49,020 bases of DNA from an uncultured Gammaproteobacteria bacterium (GCA_964343355.1 CAYFJC010000003.1:1-49020), one strand, 5' to 3'. Numbered from the stretch's first letter, positions 34,516-46,672 are shown. Notes: generated from the letters alone by a model not told the origin. Numbers and translations: made by a program.

Positions 34516-35226
34516 ATGTTAGGTTTTAGCCAAGAATTTTTATGGTTTGTAGTAGTTTTTTATGATTTACTTTTAGCTGTTTTTTTATTTCGTTACTTTG
34601 GAAAGTATGGTCTTTATTGTGCAGTTATTTTAGGAATCATCCTAGCAAACCTTCAGGGCGGCAAGATAACTGAATTAACTATGTTTGGATATACATTTAA
34701 TGCAAGCATGGGTGCTATTTTATATTCAGGAATATACTTTTCTACTGATCTATTAAATGAAAGGTATGGAAAAGAAGAGGCTAATCGTGCAGTAATGCTC
34801 GGGTTTATAGCAAATATTGCAGTTTTAGTTACTTTGTTTATAAGCTTACAATTCTTACCCTCAAATTTAACAGGATCAGCTTTAGAAGTTCATAATGCTA
34901 TAAATATTTTAGCTAATTATTCCCCATATTTTATTATCGGCTCTTTAACAGCCTACATAATTAGTCAAAAATTTGATGTATGGCTATTTCACTACCTTAA
35001 AGAAAAAACAAAGGGTAAAAAGTTATGGCTTAGAAACAACGTATCCACTATCTTATCTCAACTACTAGATACCATTATTTATCAAGCAACATGGATCATA
35101 GCTACAGATGTAACTTTTATGCAGGCCTTTTTTCTAGCTTCCACAAAGTATGTTTTAAAAGTTTGTATAGCATTAATTGATACTATATTTATCTACTGGG
35201 TTAGGAATTGGAAGGTTAATGAGTAA
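34516..35226 (+). CDS. Queuosine precursor transporter (YhhQ/VUT family)
   Basis: ILAN, TD..NE.YG...A..AV..GF, SL.AY..SQ.FDV, WLRNN.ST..SQ..DT. Confidence 0.88.
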   Translation: MLGFSQEFLWFVVVFYDLLLAVFLFRYFGKYGLYCAVILGIILANLQGGKITELTMFGYTFNASMGAILYSGIYFSTDLLNERYGKEEANRAVMLGFIANIAVLVTLFISLQFLPSNLTGSALEVHNAINILANYSPYFIIGSLTAYIISQKFDVWLFHYLKEKTKGKKLWLRNNVSTILSQLLDTIIYQATWIIATDVTFMQAFFLASTKYVLKVCIALIDTIFIYWVRNWKVNE

Positions 35227-35302
35227 TCTGAAGATCGTAAAAATTAGATATTACCTTTACAATTAAGTATTAAATTTGACCAAAAATATCTAAATACAGC
35301 TA

Positions 35303-35704
35303 ATGACAAAGATAAATAAAACAAACGATGAGTGGAAGTTAAAACTTTCTGATGAATCATTTCAAGTTGCAAGATTAGGCGGCACAGAGAGGCCCTTTAC
35401 TGGAAAATATTGGGATTTTGAGCAAGAGGGGTCTTACACATGTATATGTTGCGAAACTCCATTATTTAAATCAGATTCTAAATTTGATGCGGGATGTGGC
35501 TGGCCTAGTTTTTTTGAACCTCTCAATGATAATGTTATTGATGAATTGCCTGATTATTCTCTACTTGCCTCTAGAACTGAGGTTAGGTGTTCTAACTGTG
35601 ATGCTCACTTAGGACATGTTTTTAATGATGGTCCAAATCCAACCGGACTTAGATATTGTATAAACTCAGTATCCTTAGAGTTTACAAATAAAAATAATAA
35701 GTAG
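35303..35704 (+). CDS. msrB: Peptide methionine (R)-S-oxide reductase
   Basis: [47 protein letters not shown]. Confidence 0.96.
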   Translation: MTKINKTNDEWKLKLSDESFQVARLGGTERPFTGKYWDFEQEGSYTCICCETPLFKSDSKFDAGCGWPSFFEPLNDNVIDELPDYSLLASRTEVRCSNCDAHLGHVFNDGPNPTGLRYCINSVSLEFTNKNNK

Positions 35705-37260
35705 TGCAGCCAAATAAGCCATTTATAAGTACTGATATGTTTAAGTCATATTTTAAAGTAGGCTCATGGACAGGATTGTCTAGAGTCTTTGGTCTTTTAA
35801 GAGATATAACTACAACAGGTTTGCTTGGCTCATCAATGCTTCATGATATTTTTGTAGTAGTGTTAAAGATTCCTAATGTTTTCAGAAGATTTTTTGCCGA
35901 AGGCGCATTCAGCCAAGCCTTTATACCTATATATAACGAGTACCAAGAGCACAGATCAACAGAAGAAATTAAAGATTTTATTAATAATTTAGCTGGAACA
36001 CTTTTAGCAATTCTTTTTGTATTTACTTTAATTGCATTATTTTTTGCACCAATATTTATCTTTATTTTTGCACCTGGGTTTTATTTTGATCCAGTAAAAA
36101 AAGATTTAGCAGTTAATATATTGAGAATTATGTTTCCATATTTAGGTTTAATTTCTCTTGTTGCCTTTGCGGGAGGTATTCAGAATTCACATCAAAGATT
36201 TTCTTTACCAGCAGCGACACCAATTATTTTTAATCTTTGTATAATTTTTTCAGCATTCTTCTTAGCTCCATTATTTTCAATTCCAATTGTAGGACTTGCA
36301 TGGGGTGTTCTACTTGCTGGAATTATTCAACTATTAATTCAACTAGCGCCTTTATCTCAAATTGATAGATTACCTATTCCTAAAATAGGAATTAGTAATG
36401 AAGGAGTAAAAAAAGTTTTTATATTAATGCTTCCTGCAATTATTGCTGGAGGTGTTGCACAAATTAATCTTTTGATAGATACAATCTTTGCATCTCTCCT
36501 TGTTACCGGAAGTCCTACTTGGCTTTATGTCTCAGATAGATTAATTCAATTTCCACTTGGAATTTTTGCAATTGCGATTGGTACTGTTCTTTTACCAACT
36601 CTCTCTAAAGCAAATCAAAGAGGAGATCTTATTTCTTACAAGGAGCAATTAAGAAAATCTCAAAGACTTGTAATATTTTTAGCAATACCTTCTCTTATAG
36701 GGTTGGCTATATGCTCAGAACATCTAATTAGTACTCTTTTTCAAAGAGGAGAGTTTCTATATTCTGATGTTGCCCAGGCCTCCAAGAGTTTAGTTGCCTT
36801 TTCTTTTGGGCTTCCATTTTTTATGTTGATGAAGGTTCTTGTTCCTGCCTTTTTTTCAAGAAAAGATACAAAAACCCCTATGTATGCAGCAATAGCTGCT
36901 TTAACTTTAAATATTGTTTTGAATTATTATTTTGCAATTATTTTGGGGTATGGTCATACCGGTTTAGCGCTTGCTAGTTCAATAGCTGCTTTATTGAGCT
37001 CTGGTATTTTATTTACAATCTTAATTAAAGATAAATATATTCAATTAAGTAATCCATTCAATAGATTCAACTTAGCTTTAATACTAGGCTCTTTTTCAAT
37101 TATTGTATTTTTGCTATACGGACCTTTTAATATCGACTTTAATTCTTTAAGCTTTTTTGAACGATTATTAAATCTAACTTTAGAAGTAGGAATTTCGATT
37201 CTTTTATATTTATTTATTACAAGAGCTATTATAGGCAGCAAGTTAAGAGAGCTATTTTAA
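35704..37260 (+). CDS. murJ: Lipid II flippase MurJ (MviN)
   Basis: SR..GL.RD, IPNVFRR.FAEGAFSQAFIP, QIN..IDT..AS, DRL..FPLG, DTKTP. Start is GTG 35704 or ATG 35737. Confidence 0.96.
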   Translation: MQPNKPFISTDMFKSYFKVGSWTGLSRVFGLLRDITTTGLLGSSMLHDIFVVVLKIPNVFRRFFAEGAFSQAFIPIYNEYQEHRSTEEIKDFINNLAGTLLAILFVFTLIALFFAPIFIFIFAPGFYFDPVKKDLAVNILRIMFPYLGLISLVAFAGGIQNSHQRFSLPAATPIIFNLCIIFSAFFLAPLFSIPIVGLAWGVLLAGIIQLLIQLAPLSQIDRLPIPKIGISNEGVKKVFILMLPAIIAGGVAQINLLIDTIFASLLVTGSPTWLYVSDRLIQFPLGIFAIAIGTVLLPTLSKANQRGDLISYKEQLRKSQRLVIFLAIPSLIGLAICSEHLISTLFQRGEFLYSDVAQASKSLVAFSFGLPFFMLMKVLVPAFFSRKDTKTPMYAAIAALTLNIVLNYYFAIILGYGHTGLALASSIAALLSSGILFTILIKDKYIQLSNPFNRFNLALILGSFSIIVFLLYGPFNIDFNSLSFFERLLNLTLEVGISILLYLFITRAIIGSKLRELF

Positions 37261-37265
37261 GATTT

Positions 37266-38213
37266 ATGTATTTAATTAGAGGCCAAAATAATATCTCTTT
37301 ATTTAAGAAGAGACATCCTAATGCTTTAATGTCAGCAACCATTGGTAATTTTGATGGGCTGCATCTTGGACATCAAGCAATTTTAGATAATTTAAAAAAA
37401 GAAGCTCATAAGTTGGGCACATCAACATTAGTTTTCTTTACTGAGCCGCATGCTGCAGAATATTTTTCTGCAAATGGATTAACAGATATTAAATCACCTC
37501 CAAGACTATGCCCGTGGAGAGAAAAATTTAGATTACTAAACAATTATGGAATTGATTATGCCTGCTTCTTAAAATTTAATTCTTCTCTTAAATCAATGAC
37601 GCCTGAGGCATTTATAAAAGATATTTTAGAAGAAATGAATTTAAAATCATTAATAGTTGGTGATGATTTTAGATTTGGCGCCCAAAGAGTTGGCGATTTT
37701 AAATTACTTAAAGAATGGGGCCATAAAACAAACGTAATTGTTTCAAATACTGAGACCGTGTTATTTGAAGAGGAAAGAGTTAGTAGCACTAGAATAAGAA
37801 AAGCTCTATTGGAAAGTAATTTTGAACTAGCTAATATTTTATTAGGCAGACCTTATATTTATTCTGGAAAAGTGGTTTATGGGAATCAGCTTGGAAGAAC
37901 AATCAATATACCGACTGCAAATCTATGGATACCTAAGCAAAAATTATCTGTTTCAGGAGTTTATGCAGTTAACTGCATTTTTCAAGGTAAAAAATATAAA
38001 GGAATATCAAATATGGGAGTGAGGCCAACTGTTGGAGGAGAAAAACATGTTTTAGAGGTTCATTTATTTGATTTTTCTCAAGAAATCTATGGCCAAAGAT
38101 TAGATGTTGAATTTAAATTTAAGATTAGAGATGAAAAAAAGTTTGAAAGTTTAGATTTTTTAAAAGAACAGATACAAAAAGACATATCTTTGGCTAAAAA
38201 ACTTTTACAATAG
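37266..38213 (+). CDS. ribF: Bifunctional riboflavin kinase/FAD synthetase
   Basis: TIGNFDG.HLGHQ, VGDDFRFG, VSSTRIR, GRT...PTAN, G.RPTV, LEVH. Confidence 0.97.
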   Translation: MYLIRGQNNISLFKKRHPNALMSATIGNFDGLHLGHQAILDNLKKEAHKLGTSTLVFFTEPHAAEYFSANGLTDIKSPPRLCPWREKFRLLNNYGIDYACFLKFNSSLKSMTPEAFIKDILEEMNLKSLIVGDDFRFGAQRVGDFKLLKEWGHKTNVIVSNTETVLFEEERVSSTRIRKALLESNFELANILLGRPYIYSGKVVYGNQLGRTINIPTANLWIPKQKLSVSGVYAVNCIFQGKKYKGISNMGVRPTVGGEKHVLEVHLFDFSQEIYGQRLDVEFKFKIRDEKKFESLDFLKEQIQKDISLAKKLLQ

Positions 38214-38221
38214 CAATAATT

Positions 38222-40996
38222 ATGACTATTAATTATAGAGATACTTTAAATCTCCCAGAAACTGAATTATCAATGAAAGCTGGTTTAGCTAAAAAAGAAC
38301 CAGAGATTTTAGATTTTTGGAATTCTATTGATCTTTATAATCAAATTAGAAAAAACTCATCTGGAAAGGAGAAGTTCATCCTTCATGATGGCCCCCCCTA
38401 TGCAAATGGTGATATTCATATTGGTCATTCCGTTAACAAGATCTTAAAAGACATAACCATTAAGATCCAAACTATGTTTGGTAAGGACGCTCCCTTTATA
38501 CCTGGATGGGATTGTCATGGATTGCCCATTGAGCTTAATGTTGAAAAAAAACATGGCAAAAATAGCGATCTTGTTAAAAATAAACAAGAATTTATCGCCG
38601 CTTGTAAAGAATATGCTTTAACTCAAGTTGAAAAACAAAGAGATGACTTTATTAGGCTAGGTGTTCTAGCTGACTGGTCAAATCCCTATAAAAGTTCAGA
38701 TGCATCTTTTGAAGCAGATACTCTTAGAGCATTAGCGACAATTATAAAAAATAATCATTTACAGAGGGGTGAAAAACCAGTTCATTGGTGCCAAGACTGT
38801 GGTTCAGCTTTAGCTGAAGCCGAAGTTGAGTACCAAGATAAAGTATCTAAATCCATTGATGTCTCATTTGAAGTCTCCAAGAGCTCACTTGAAAAAATAA
38901 ATTTTATATTTAACTTAGATATAAATAAGAAATGCTCTTTTGTTATATGGACAACAACTCCTTGGACCTTACCTTCAAATGTAGCTGTGTGTATAAACCC
39001 AAAATTAGATTACTCAATTGTTGAACGAAATAATGAATATCTAATTATTGCTACTGATTTGATTGACTCATGTTCAGCTAGATGGGGTATTGATTTAAAA
39101 AACTTATCTGCTGTTAAGGGTGATTTATTTGAAGATATTATTTTAGATCATCCTTTTATTGATAGAAAATCAGTATTATTGCAGGGAGCCCACGTTACTA
39201 CCGATGCTGGAACAGGTTGTGTGCATACAGCTCCTGCTCATGGTTTGGATGATTATTTTATATGCAAAGATAATAATCTTGAGGCCATTAAGGCTCTTAA
39301 TAATGAAGGTTTCTTTAAAGATGAGTATGAAAACATTGCTGGCCTCCCAGCGTTTAAGGCCGATCCTTTTATTATAGAAACTCTAACATCAAGCAATACC
39401 TTAATTCATGTAGAGAATTATGAACATTCTTATCCACATTGCTGGAGGCATAAATCACCTTTAATTTTTACATCAACTCCGCAATGGTTTATTTCAATGG
39501 ATAAAGCTGGTTTATTAGATGATGCAAAAGCTTCTATAGATTCTGTAAATTGGGAACCGTCATGGGGACTTCAAAGAATCCAGTCAATGTTAGAGGGGAG
39601 ACCAGATTGGTGTATCTCTAGACAGAGAAATTGGGGAGTTCCAATTACGCTGGTAGTTCATAAAGAAACTGGAGAAATTCACCCTAACCAAGAAGAGCTC
39701 TTTGCAATCTTTGCTGATTTGATAGAAGAATCTGGGGTTGCAGTATGGGATTCTATTCAATTATCTGATCATATAGATGATGCAGATAGCTATATGAAAA
39801 TAACAGATACTCTCGATGTATGGTTTGATTCTGGAGCCACTCATTTTTCAGTTTTAGAAAAAAGATTTGAAAAAGGTTTGATTGCTGATTTATACCTTGA
39901 AGGCTCTGATCAACATAGAGGCTGGTTCCAGTCATCACTTTTAACTAGCATAGCTATAAATGGAAGACCTCCTTATAAAGAAGTTCTAACTCATGGCTTT
40001 GTTGTAGATGACAAAGGACGCAAGCAATCAAAATCGCTTGGCAATGTTGTCTCACCTCAAAAAGTATGGAATTCTTTGGGTGCAGATATTTTAAGATTGT
40101 GGGTTGCTGCAACTGACTTTAGAAGTGAAATGAATGCTTCTGATGAAATATTAAAGAGAGTTTCAGATCAATACAGAAGAATAAGAAATACTTTTAGATT
40201 TTTATTAGGAAACCTTAATGATTTTGATTTTCAGAAAAATGCAGTTGATGTAGATGATTTAATAGAATTAGATAAATGGGTGCTTAATTCAACCATTCAA
40301 CTTCAAATCGAAGTGCAAGAGCATTATAAAAAATATCAGTACCACAATGCAGTACAAAAAATTCATAATTTTTGTGTAAATGAATTGGGGGGAATTTTCT
40401 TAGATATAGTAAAAGATAGACTTTATACAACATCTAGCGACTCTCATGCTAGAAGATCATGCCAAACAAGTATGTATTACATAGTAAATATTTTGGTTAG
40501 ATTAGTAAGCCCAATTTTGTCTTTTACAGCTGAGGAAATATGGCAAACTTACGAATCTTTAAAAACACAAGAAAAATCAGTATTCCTTTCTAAATTTTTT
40601 AATGAAATAAATCCTGTGAATCAAAATATTAATAATAGAGACTGGGATAAAGTCTTTGAAATTAAAGATTTAGTAAATCAGGCCATTGAATCTGCCAGAA
40701 ATGACGGGCTTGTTAAAGGCTCCTTAGATACTAATGTTGAAATCATATGCCCAGAAGATTTATATAAGATTCTAGAAAGTTTTGGAGAAGAGCTTCATTT
40801 TGTATTTATATCCTCTAGTTGCCAAATAGAACAAGGACAATCTTTGTCTATTAAAGTCTCTTCATCAGATAATAAAAAATGCTCAAGATGCTGGCATAAA
40901 TCATCATCCGTCTCTCAAAGTGTAAAACATCCAGAACTTTGCTCGAGATGCGAAGAGAATATTGAAGAATCGGGCGAGGTTAGAAGATTTGTCTAG
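38222..40996 (+). CDS. ileS: Isoleucine--tRNA ligase (type 1)
   Basis: LHDGPPYANG.IHIGH, WTTTPWT, GTG.VH.AP, DWCISRQR, EGSDQHRGWF, KQSKS, C-terminal zinc finger CSRCW..CSRC. Confidence 0.98.
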   Translation: MTINYRDTLNLPETELSMKAGLAKKEPEILDFWNSIDLYNQIRKNSSGKEKFILHDGPPYANGDIHIGHSVNKILKDITIKIQTMFGKDAPFIPGWDCHGLPIELNVEKKHGKNSDLVKNKQEFIAACKEYALTQVEKQRDDFIRLGVLADWSNPYKSSDASFEADTLRALATIIKNNHLQRGEKPVHWCQDCGSALAEAEVEYQDKVSKSIDVSFEVSKSSLEKINFIFNLDINKKCSFVIWTTTPWTLPSNVAVCINPKLDYSIVERNNEYLIIATDLIDSCSARWGIDLKNLSAVKGDLFEDIILDHPFIDRKSVLLQGAHVTTDAGTGCVHTAPAHGLDDYFICKDNNLEAIKALNNEGFFKDEYENIAGLPAFKADPFIIETLTSSNTLIHVENYEHSYPHCWRHKSPLIFTSTPQWFISMDKAGLLDDAKASIDSVNWEPSWGLQRIQSMLEGRPDWCISRQRNWGVPITLVVHKETGEIHPNQEELFAIFADLIEESGVAVWDSIQLSDHIDDADSYMKITDTLDVWFDSGATHFSVLEKRFEKGLIADLYLEGSDQHRGWFQSSLLTSIAINGRPPYKEVLTHGFVVDDKGRKQSKSLGNVVSPQKVWNSLGADILRLWVAATDFRSEMNASDEILKRVSDQYRRIRNTFRFLLGNLNDFDFQKNAVDVDDLIELDKWVLNSTIQLQIEVQEHYKKYQYHNAVQKIHNFCVNELGGIFLDIVKDRLYTTSSDSHARRSCQTSMYYIVNILVRLVSPILSFTAEEIWQTYESLKTQEKSVFLSKFFNEINPVNQNINNRDWDKVFEIKDLVNQAIESARNDGLVKGSLDTNVEIICPEDLYKILESFGEELHFVFISSSCQIEQGQSLSIKVSSSDNKKCSRCWHKSSSVSQSVKHPELCSRCEENIEESGEVRRFV

Positions 40997-41453
40997 AGCA
41001 TCAATTTGTATTTATCTAAGTTTCCTGCTTTTAATAGATATCGCTTTAAAATATGTTGCGTTAGCAAACCTTACGCCTTTTGAAAACGTATATTTTTTAC
41101 CATTCCTTAATTTTTATCTAACATTTAATACCGGCATTGCTTTTAGTATGTTTGACTTTGGTGCAGGTCTATCGAGCTACTTATTACTTGCTATGGGTCT
41201 TTTAATTGTAATATTTTTAGTAAAGCAGCTTTTAATAGAAACTAAAAAACTTAGCCAAATTGCATTTGTATTAATAATTGGAGGTGCGTTAGGTAATATT
41301 GTAGATAGAGCTGGTGATGGAGCAGTTACTGATTTCTTGCATTTTTATATTAATAATTTTTCATTTTTTATTTTTAATCCTGCAGATGCTTTTATAACTA
41401 TTGGAGCTTTGTTATTAATTAGTTCTGAATTTAGAAAGACCTCTAATGGATAA
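40989..41453 (+). CDS. lspA: Lipoprotein signal peptidase
   Basis: NTG.AFS, GGALGN..DR, V.DF, FN.AD. The probable start is TTG 40989 after GAGG. Confidence 0.94.
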   Translation: MSRASICIYLSFLLLIDIALKYVALANLTPFENVYFLPFLNFYLTFNTGIAFSMFDFGAGLSSYLLLAMGLLIVIFLVKQLLIETKKLSQIAFVLIIGGALGNIVDRAGDGAVTDFLHFYINNFSFFIFNPADAFITIGALLLISSEFRKTSNG

Positions 41454-42402
41454 AGTTATCATCAACTTAGCAAATCCAAGAGGTTTTTGTGCCGGAGTAG
41501 ATAGAGCTATTGATATAGTTAATAGAGCTTTGGAAGTTTATGGAAGGCCGATATATGTAAAGCATGAAGTTGTTCATAATCGTTTTGTTGTTCAGGATCT
41601 AGAGAATAGGGGAGCTATTTTTGTTGAAGAAATAGATGAAATTCCTGATGATTCAATTGTAATTTTTAGTGCTCATGGAGTTTCAGAAAAAGTAGAAACA
41701 GAAACAAAATCGAGAGGGCTTGAATTTCATGATGCAACTTGTCCGCTTGTTACCAAAGTTCATATGGAAGTTATAAAGCATGCCAAGGCTGAAAGAGATA
41801 TTATTTTAATAGGTCATGAAGGTCATCCAGAGGTTGAAGGAACCATGGGAAGACACACTGGTGGAGATATTTCTAAAATTTATTTAGTTCAAGACGAGAT
41901 GGATGCAAAGTCTTTAGAAATAGATCAACCCGATAATGTGGCGCTTGTGACTCAAACAACGCTCAGCGTTGATGATACAAAAGCCATCATTAATCAATTA
42001 AAAAATAGATTTCCTGATCTGATTACTCCAAAGAATGATGATATTTGTTATGCAACTCAAAATAGACAAGATGCTGTAAAGCAGTTAGCTTTAGAGAATG
42101 AATTTATGATAGTCGTGGGATCAAAAAATAGCTCAAATTCAAATAGGTTAAAAGAGCTTTCAGATAGATGCGGGTGTGAAGCGATCTTAATTGATGAATT
42201 TAGTGATTTAGATCTAGAAAAAATTAAAAATGTTAATAAAATTGCTATTACAGCAGGAGCATCAGCTCCGGAGGATAGAGTGCAAGAAATAGCACAAGCG
42301 CTTCAAGATTTTACTGGTGGAGTAATTAATGAAATTGGTAAAGATGAAGAAAATATTATCTTTAAGATGCCCCCTGAATTAAGAAGAGAGCCAATTAAAT
42401 AG
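41446..42402 (+). CDS. ispH: 4-hydroxy-3-methylbut-2-enyl diphosphate reductase
   Basis: PRGFCAGV, VVHN, DATCPLV, GHPEV, QTT, ICYATQNRQ, SSN, TAGASAP. Confidence 0.98.
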   Translation: MDKVIINLANPRGFCAGVDRAIDIVNRALEVYGRPIYVKHEVVHNRFVVQDLENRGAIFVEEIDEIPDDSIVIFSAHGVSEKVETETKSRGLEFHDATCPLVTKVHMEVIKHAKAERDIILIGHEGHPEVEGTMGRHTGGDISKIYLVQDEMDAKSLEIDQPDNVALVTQTTLSVDDTKAIINQLKNRFPDLITPKNDDICYATQNRQDAVKQLALENEFMIVVGSKNSSNSNRLKELSDRCGCEAILIDEFSDLDLEKIKNVNKIAITAGASAPEDRVQEIAQALQDFTGGVINEIGKDEENIIFKMPPELRREPIK

Positions 42403-42442
42403 GCTTATTTGTCAAAATTAAATTCTTATGGGATATTAAGTT

Positions 42443-42991
42443 ATGTCCTTGATAAATATAAAAGATAATCTTTTAGAGAGAGTTGCTTTTCATCCATCTC
42501 CTAATCATGATGCTAGACCTATAGAGCAAGATATATCTTTAATAGTTATACACTCAATTAGTTTGCCTCCTGGGATATATGGAGGAAATGAAATTAAAGA
42601 TTTCTTTTTAAATCAGTTAGATACATCAAAGCATGAATATTTTAAATCTATAAAAGATTTAAAAGTATCATCACATATAGTTATTAAGCGAACTGGTGAA
42701 ATATTACAGTTTGTTCCTTTCAATAAAAGGGCATGGCATGCTGGAATTTCTTCTTACCTGGGGAGAGAGAGATGTAATGATTATTCTATTGGAATAGAGC
42801 TTGAAGGTACTGATGATAATGAATTCACCAATGAACAGTATAATTCCTTAATGAATGTAACTAGCTCTTTAATTAAAACTTATTCAAATCTATCAAAAGA
42901 TAGATTAGTAGGACATTCAGATATTGCACCAGGAAGAAAAACTGATCCTGGTTCCTTTTTTGAATGGGAAAGGTTGCTGGATAATTTATGA
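42443..42991 (+). CDS. ampD: 1,6-anhydro-N-acetylmuramyl-L-alanine amidase
   Basis: SPN...RP, IHSISLPPG, VSSH, RAWHAG.S..GRE.CND.SIGIELEG, GHSDIAPGRKTDPG. Confidence 0.96.
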   Translation: MSLINIKDNLLERVAFHPSPNHDARPIEQDISLIVIHSISLPPGIYGGNEIKDFFLNQLDTSKHEYFKSIKDLKVSSHIVIKRTGEILQFVPFNKRAWHAGISSYLGRERCNDYSIGIELEGTDDNEFTNEQYNSLMNVTSSLIKTYSNLSKDRLVGHSDIAPGRKTDPGSFFEWERLLDNL

Positions 42992-44220
42992 ATTTAAAAC
43001 AAATAAGCATTTGCTTACTAGGCTTTGCATCTGGGTTACCATATATGCTAGTTTTTGTAACACTTGGAACATGGCTAGCTGTAATAAATCTAGATTTAGC
43101 AACAATAGGATTTTTTGCCTGGATCGTATTAACTTACTCATTAAAATTTTTCTGGTCCCCGTTAGTTGATAATTTTTCTGTGCCAATTTTAAATAGATAT
43201 GGGGCAAGAAAGAGCTGGATTATTTTGATGCAGATTCTGATAATAATTTTTTTATTGTTAATTTCAATTACAGATCCATTAACTAATCTAGGTTTATTTG
43301 CTCTATTTGCATTCTTTGTTGCTTTTTTTGGCTCCATCCAAGATATTGCCATTGATGCTTTTAGAATAGAACTTGCTGAAATAGATGAGCAGGGTAATTT
43401 AGCTGCAAGTTATCAATTTGGATATAGGATAGCAATCCTAGTAGCTACATCAGGAGCTCTTATACTAGCCTCAAGAACTAATTGGCCATTTGTTTATCAA
43501 TTAATGTCTCTATTTATGATTTTAGGAATTATTGGATTATCTTTAACTCCTGAAAATAAAAATACCTCGCTTAAAAAATTAGATTTTAAAGCCTCTATCC
43601 TAATTCCGTTAAATGATTTTTTTAATCGATTTGGCCTCTATGCCTCAGTACTACTTTTATCAATAATTGGGACTTACAGGCTTACTGACATAATGACTGG
43701 GCAAATAATAAATCCTTTTTATATTCAAATGGGTTACACCCTAGACGAAATAGGATTTGTTGTTAAAACTGTAGCATTAGCAGCATCAATTTTTGGCTTT
43801 TTTATAGGCGGTAAATTAATTAAATCTGTAGGAGTTAATAAGTCACTGATTTTTGGTGCATTCTTGGTAATGATTACAAATTTATTTTTTGCTTATATTG
43901 CAATAACAGAAAAATCACTTATTTCATTATCTTTAGTTGTAGCTCTAGATAGTATGGCTGCAGGAATAGTAGGCACTGTAAACATAACGTTTTTAACTAG
44001 TTTAGTATCGAAACAATATACAGCTGTTCAATATGCATTATTTACTTCATTTATGATGCTGCCCGGAAAAATTCTTGCAGGATTTTCCGGCCTTATAATA
44101 ATTAAGTTAGGTCTGATTTTCGGAGATAGCTATGGCTGGATGTCATTTTTTATTCTTACTTCACTGCTAACAATACCGTCAATATTATTGATATCACTGT
44201 ATAGAAAAAAATATGAATAA
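42988..44220 (+). CDS. ampG: Muropeptide MFS transporter AmpG
   Basis: LGFASGLP, KF.WSP.VD, QDIAIDAFRIE, YQ.GYRI, TA.QYAL..S. Confidence 0.93.
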   Translation: MNLKQISICLLGFASGLPYMLVFVTLGTWLAVINLDLATIGFFAWIVLTYSLKFFWSPLVDNFSVPILNRYGARKSWIILMQILIIIFLLLISITDPLTNLGLFALFAFFVAFFGSIQDIAIDAFRIELAEIDEQGNLAASYQFGYRIAILVATSGALILASRTNWPFVYQLMSLFMILGIIGLSLTPENKNTSLKKLDFKASILIPLNDFFNRFGLYASVLLLSIIGTYRLTDIMTGQIINPFYIQMGYTLDEIGFVVKTVALAASIFGFFIGGKLIKSVGVNKSLIFGAFLVMITNLFFAYIAITEKSLISLSLVVALDSMAAGIVGTVNITFLTSLVSKQYTAVQYALFTSFMMLPGKILAGFSGLIIIKLGLIFGDSYGWMSFFILTSLLTIPSILLISLYRKKYE

Positions 44221-44566
44221 AATTATATACGGCATAAGAGCTATTCTTTTTTTAACAATTTTATTCACATCAATCATGAGCTTTATTGCAATAGACGCAT
44301 CAGTTGCAAAATTCCTGATTCAAGATAAATTACTTCACCTTGCTGCATTCACTGTAATAAGCTTTTTAGCGTATGCCTCTGACTTTAAAATAAGAAGAAT
44401 TTTCTTATTTACAGCATTAATTTTATATGGCTTTTTGATTGAGCTCATACAGAACACCTTGGAATACAGAACTTTTGAATTATATGACCTGCTTTCTGAT
44501 ATTATTGGCGTAATAGTTGGATATATGTCTTGGAAATATCTTAAAAAGTTCTATCCTGACTATTGA
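44213..44566 (+). CDS. VanZ family membrane protein
   Basis: DK..H..AF, YG..IE.IQ....YR.F...D..SD..G. Confidence 0.85.
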   Translation: MNKIIYGIRAILFLTILFTSIMSFIAIDASVAKFLIQDKLLHLAAFTVISFLAYASDFKIRRIFLFTALILYGFLIELIQNTLEYRTFELYDLLSDIIGVIVGYMSWKYLKKFYPDY

Positions 44567-44664
44567 TTTATTGCAATTAGTCCATAACTAACGTTTAGAT
44601 TAAATTTTTTTATTAAATACTTAATTAAAGTAATTTTATAATTCATAAAGTAGGGAGAATACTA

Positions 44665-44955
44665 ATGAAACTAAGGCCTTTACATGACAAAGTTCTTGTT
44701 GAAAGAACAGAAGAAGAAAAAACATCAGCAGGTGGAATTATCCTCTCAGGCACTGCTACAGAAAAACCATCGCAAGGTGTTGTTATAGCTGTTGGTCCTG
44801 GAAAGAAAAATGATGCTGGGGAGGTTGTCTCTGTTGGAGTTAATGCTGGAGATTTGGTTATCTTTGGTCCATATGGTGGCAGTGAAGTAAAAATTGATGG
44901 AAAAGAATATCTAATCTTAAGTGAAAACGATATTTTTGGTGTTATTGAATCTTAA
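44665..44955 (+). CDS. groES: Co-chaperonin GroES
   Basis: LRPLHD, SAGGII mobile loop, AVGPG. Confidence 0.98.
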   Translation: MKLRPLHDKVLVERTEEEKTSAGGIILSGTATEKPSQGVVIAVGPGKKNDAGEVVSVGVNAGDLVIFGPYGGSEVKIDGKEYLILSENDIFGVIES

Positions 44956-44959
44956 TTAA

Positions 44960-46627
<1,668 letters not shown>

Positions 46628-46645
46628 TTAGTTTATCTAATTATT

Positions 46646-46672
46646 AAAACGGGGCCATGTGCCCCGTTTTTT
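46646..46672. terminator. Bidirectional rho-independent terminator between groEL and the convergent corC-like gene
   Basis: AAAACGGGGC-CATGT-GCCCCGTTTTTT: GC-rich stem flanked by A and T tracts. Confidence 0.9.

Noticed and set aside
29215-35226. Horizontally acquired island between sucD and msrB
   Set aside because: Mixed orientation, but mostly housekeeping genes, with no mobility genes or flanking repeats; better explained by rearrangement.
44550-44664. Sigma32 promoter or CIRCE upstream of groES
   Set aside because: The TTGATT...GTCCAT spacing is about 11 bp and degenerate; there is no TTAGCACTC-N9-GAGTGCTAA.
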